Of a stretch of 669 bases of DNA, positions 1 to 669 are shown piece after piece. The stretch's first letter is position 1. Each line of letters begins with the position of its first letter. A program made the translations under genes and the position numbers. Source of the stretch: Escherichia coli (GTDB taxonomy: Bacteria > Pseudomonadota > Gammaproteobacteria > Enterobacterales > Enterobacteriaceae); NCBI RefSeq assembly GCF_003334255.1, contig NZ_QOWU01000199.1; one strand, given 5' to 3'. The notes beneath the pieces are model-generated. The model searched no databases and was not told the DNA's origin. It saw nothing but the letters and a program-made list of their open reading frames with translations.

Positions 1-63
1 GACATCAGTACCCGTGATGAAGGCGGGGGCGGAAAGGTCGTGGTTATCGGGCGGCAGGGGTAA
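1..63 (+). CDS. I: Tail assembly protein, lambda gpI-like; 3' end only (5'-partial, upstream of window)
   Basis: Frame +1 reads DISTRDEGGGGKVVVIGRQG then TAA at 61..63. The Gly-rich stretch followed by VVVIGR matches my recollection of the lambda gpI C-terminus, and the position immediately upstream of a J homolog fits lambda gene order (K-I-J). Only 20 codons are visible, so the call leans on synteny plus a short motif. Confidence 0.7.
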   Translation, partial: DISTRDEGGGGKVVVIGRQG

Positions 64-109
64 AAAGAATAAAAAAATCCCGCAGTGATCGCGGACAGGA
101 ACTGCGGGA
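64..109 (-). terminator. Rho-independent terminator-like hairpin oriented for the minus strand
   Basis: Perfect inverted repeat CCCGCAGT (79..86) / ACTGCGGG (101..108), extendable by a T:A pair at 78/109, with a 14-nt loop (87..100). On the minus strand the stem is followed directly by ATTTTTTTATTCTTTTT (complement of 78..64). On the plus strand no U-tract follows the stem, so it is not a plus-strand terminator. Confidence 0.5.
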
Positions 110-168
110 GAGTTACGAAGATTAAGTGTAAGGAATTATTCTTATGTCACGACAAAAAAAATTAACGC
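64..168 (-). ncRNA. Candidate ~100-nt small RNA in the I–J spacer, antisense to the tail operon (hypothetical)
   Basis: Bounded by the candidate minus-strand promoter and the minus-strand terminator. The minus strand has no ORF longer than a few codons across 110..305. The region is AT-rich (about one-third GC by hand count over 111..240) against GC-rich flanking coding sequence. I do not recognise it as a named sRNA. Confidence 0.2.
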
Positions 169-174
169 AGCGAA

Positions 175-202
175 ATTATCAGCGCCACAGTCAGTTTGTG
201 AA
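175..202 (-). promoter_or_regulatory. Candidate sigma70 promoter on the minus strand (-35 TTCACA, 16-nt spacer, -10 GATAAT)
   Basis: Minus-strand sequence reads TTCACA (202..197), then a 16-nt spacer, then GATAAT (180..175); each hexamer matches consensus at 5 of 6 positions. AT-rich context. The predicted start near 167..169 would give a transcript ending at the terminator at 64..109. Motif match only, no expression data. Confidence 0.2.
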
Positions 203-292
203 AATGTGAAGATATTCAGAATTTTTATTCAGTCATGATACAGGCATCCTCCGGGGTGCCTGTTGTTTTTGTGAGTGAACAATTATCACGGT

Positions 293-299
293 AAGAGGT
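293..299 (+). promoter_or_regulatory. Shine-Dalgarno / ribosome binding site for the J-like CDS
   Basis: AAGAGGT at 293..299 lies 6 nt upstream of the ATG at 306..308. The in-between ATG at 301..303 is followed directly by TAA and is not the start. Confidence 0.6.
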
Positions 300-305
300 G
301 ATGTA

Positions 306-669
306 ATGGGCAAAGGCGGCGGCAGGGCGCACACACCGCGCGAGGCGAAGGATAATCTCAAATCCACGCAGATGATGAGTGTGATTGATGCGATTGGTGA
401 GGGACCGATAGAAGGTCCGGTGAAGGGACTGCAGAGTATTCTGGTGAACAAAACCCCGCTGACGGACACGGACGGTAATCCCGTGATACACGGTGTGACC
501 GCCGTCTGGCGTGCCGGGGAGCAGGAGCAGACACCACCGGAAGGCTTTGAGTCCTCCGGAGCTGAAACTGTACTGGGTGTGGAAGTGACGAAGGCAAAAC
601 CGGTGACACGCACCATTACGTCAGCGAACATTGACCGCCTGCGGGTGACCTTCGGGGTGCAGTCACTGG
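306..669 (+). CDS. J: Tail tip / host specificity protein, lambda gpJ-like; N-terminal 121 codons (3'-partial, continues beyond window)
   Basis: ATG at 306 with SD upstream; open frame +3 to the window end. Translation MGKGGGRAHTPREAKDNLKSTQMMSVIDAIGEGPIEGPVKGLQSILVNKTPLTDTDGNPVIHGVTAVWRAGEQEQTPPEGFESSGAETVLGVEVTKAKPVTRTITSANIDRLRVTFGVQSL is colinear with the lambda J N-terminus as I recall it (MGKGSSKGHTPREAKDNLKSTQLLSVIDAISEGPIEGPVDGL…RAGEQEQTPPEGFESSG…TRTITSANIDRLRFTFGVQ), with long identical blocks. Codon usage is GC-rich and enterobacterial in character. Confidence 0.9.
   Translation, partial: MGKGGGRAHTPREAKDNLKSTQMMSVIDAIGEGPIEGPVKGLQSILVNKTPLTDTDGNPVIHGVTAVWRAGEQEQTPPEGFESSGAETVLGVEVTKAKPVTRTITSANIDRLRVTFGVQSL

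Noticed and set aside
64-109. Hairpin as a plus-strand terminator for the gpI-like gene
   Set aside because: On the plus strand the stem is followed by GAGAGTTACGAAG with no U-tract; the A-run lies upstream of the stem. Orientation therefore fits only a minus-strand intrinsic terminator. In lambdoid phages I and J are co-transcribed, which is inconsistent with termination here.
301-306. ATG at 301..303 followed by TAA at 304..306, overlapping the J start as TAATG (looks like a translational-coupling junction)
   Set aside because: The upstream frame that would end at this TAA is closed by another stop at 292..294, so the 'ORF' is at most two or three codons. The ATG sits inside or next to the J Shine-Dalgarno and is most simply part of the RBS spacer.
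225-491. Minus-strand ORF from the supplied track (88 aa, MYHGITVRV…)
   Set aside because: Lies almost entirely antisense to the strongly supported gpJ-like CDS, begins at a non-ATG codon (GTG at 491..489), has no recognisable SD and a low-complexity, unrecognisable translation. Typical shadow ORF of a GC-rich coding region.
358-609. Minus-strand ORF from the supplied track (83 aa)
   Set aside because: Entirely nested antisense within the J-like CDS; Arg/Ser/Pro-rich translation typical of a GC-rich antisense frame; no independent start or RBS evidence.
233-631. Minus-strand ORF from the supplied track (132 aa)
   Set aside because: Antisense to the J-like CDS across nearly its whole length; Ser/Pro/Thr-rich translation with no recognisable family; explained as a shadow ORF.
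1-669. CRISPR array, tRNA/rRNA gene, or insertion-sequence ends
   Set aside because: No repeat-spacer periodicity, no tRNA-like cloverleaf segments, and no terminal inverted repeats or transposase-like coding sequence were visible. The only significant inverted repeat is the terminator stem.

Overview
This window is the I–J junction of a lambda-like (siphovirus) tail module, probably in an enterobacterial phage or prophage. Bases 1..63 encode the C-terminal 20 residues of a lambda gpI-like tail assembly protein (…DISTRDEGGGGKVVVIGRQG, stop TAA 61..63). Bases 306..669 encode the first 121 residues of a lambda gpJ-like tail tip / host specificity protein (MGKGGGRAHTPREAKDNLKSTQMMSVIDAIGEGPIEGPV…), running off the right edge. 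Both calls rest on my recollection of the lambda proteins, not on a database search. The feature that the two genes do not explain is the 242-bp AT-rich spacer between them (64..305), which I recall as only a few tens of bp in lambda. It carries a strong intrinsic-terminator-like hairpin oriented for the minus strand (perfect 8-bp GC-rich stem 79..86/101..108, followed on the minus strand by a T-run at 64..78), a plausible minus-strand sigma70 promoter about 100 nt upstream of it, and no meaningful minus-strand ORF. I read this as a candidate small non-coding RNA antisense to the late tail operon; a 21-codon plus-strand ORF (144..209) with a Shine-Dalgarno is a weaker alternative. I do not see a multi-gene novel system in this 669-bp window. 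The three minus-strand ORFs in the supplied track are antisense to J and I reject them.
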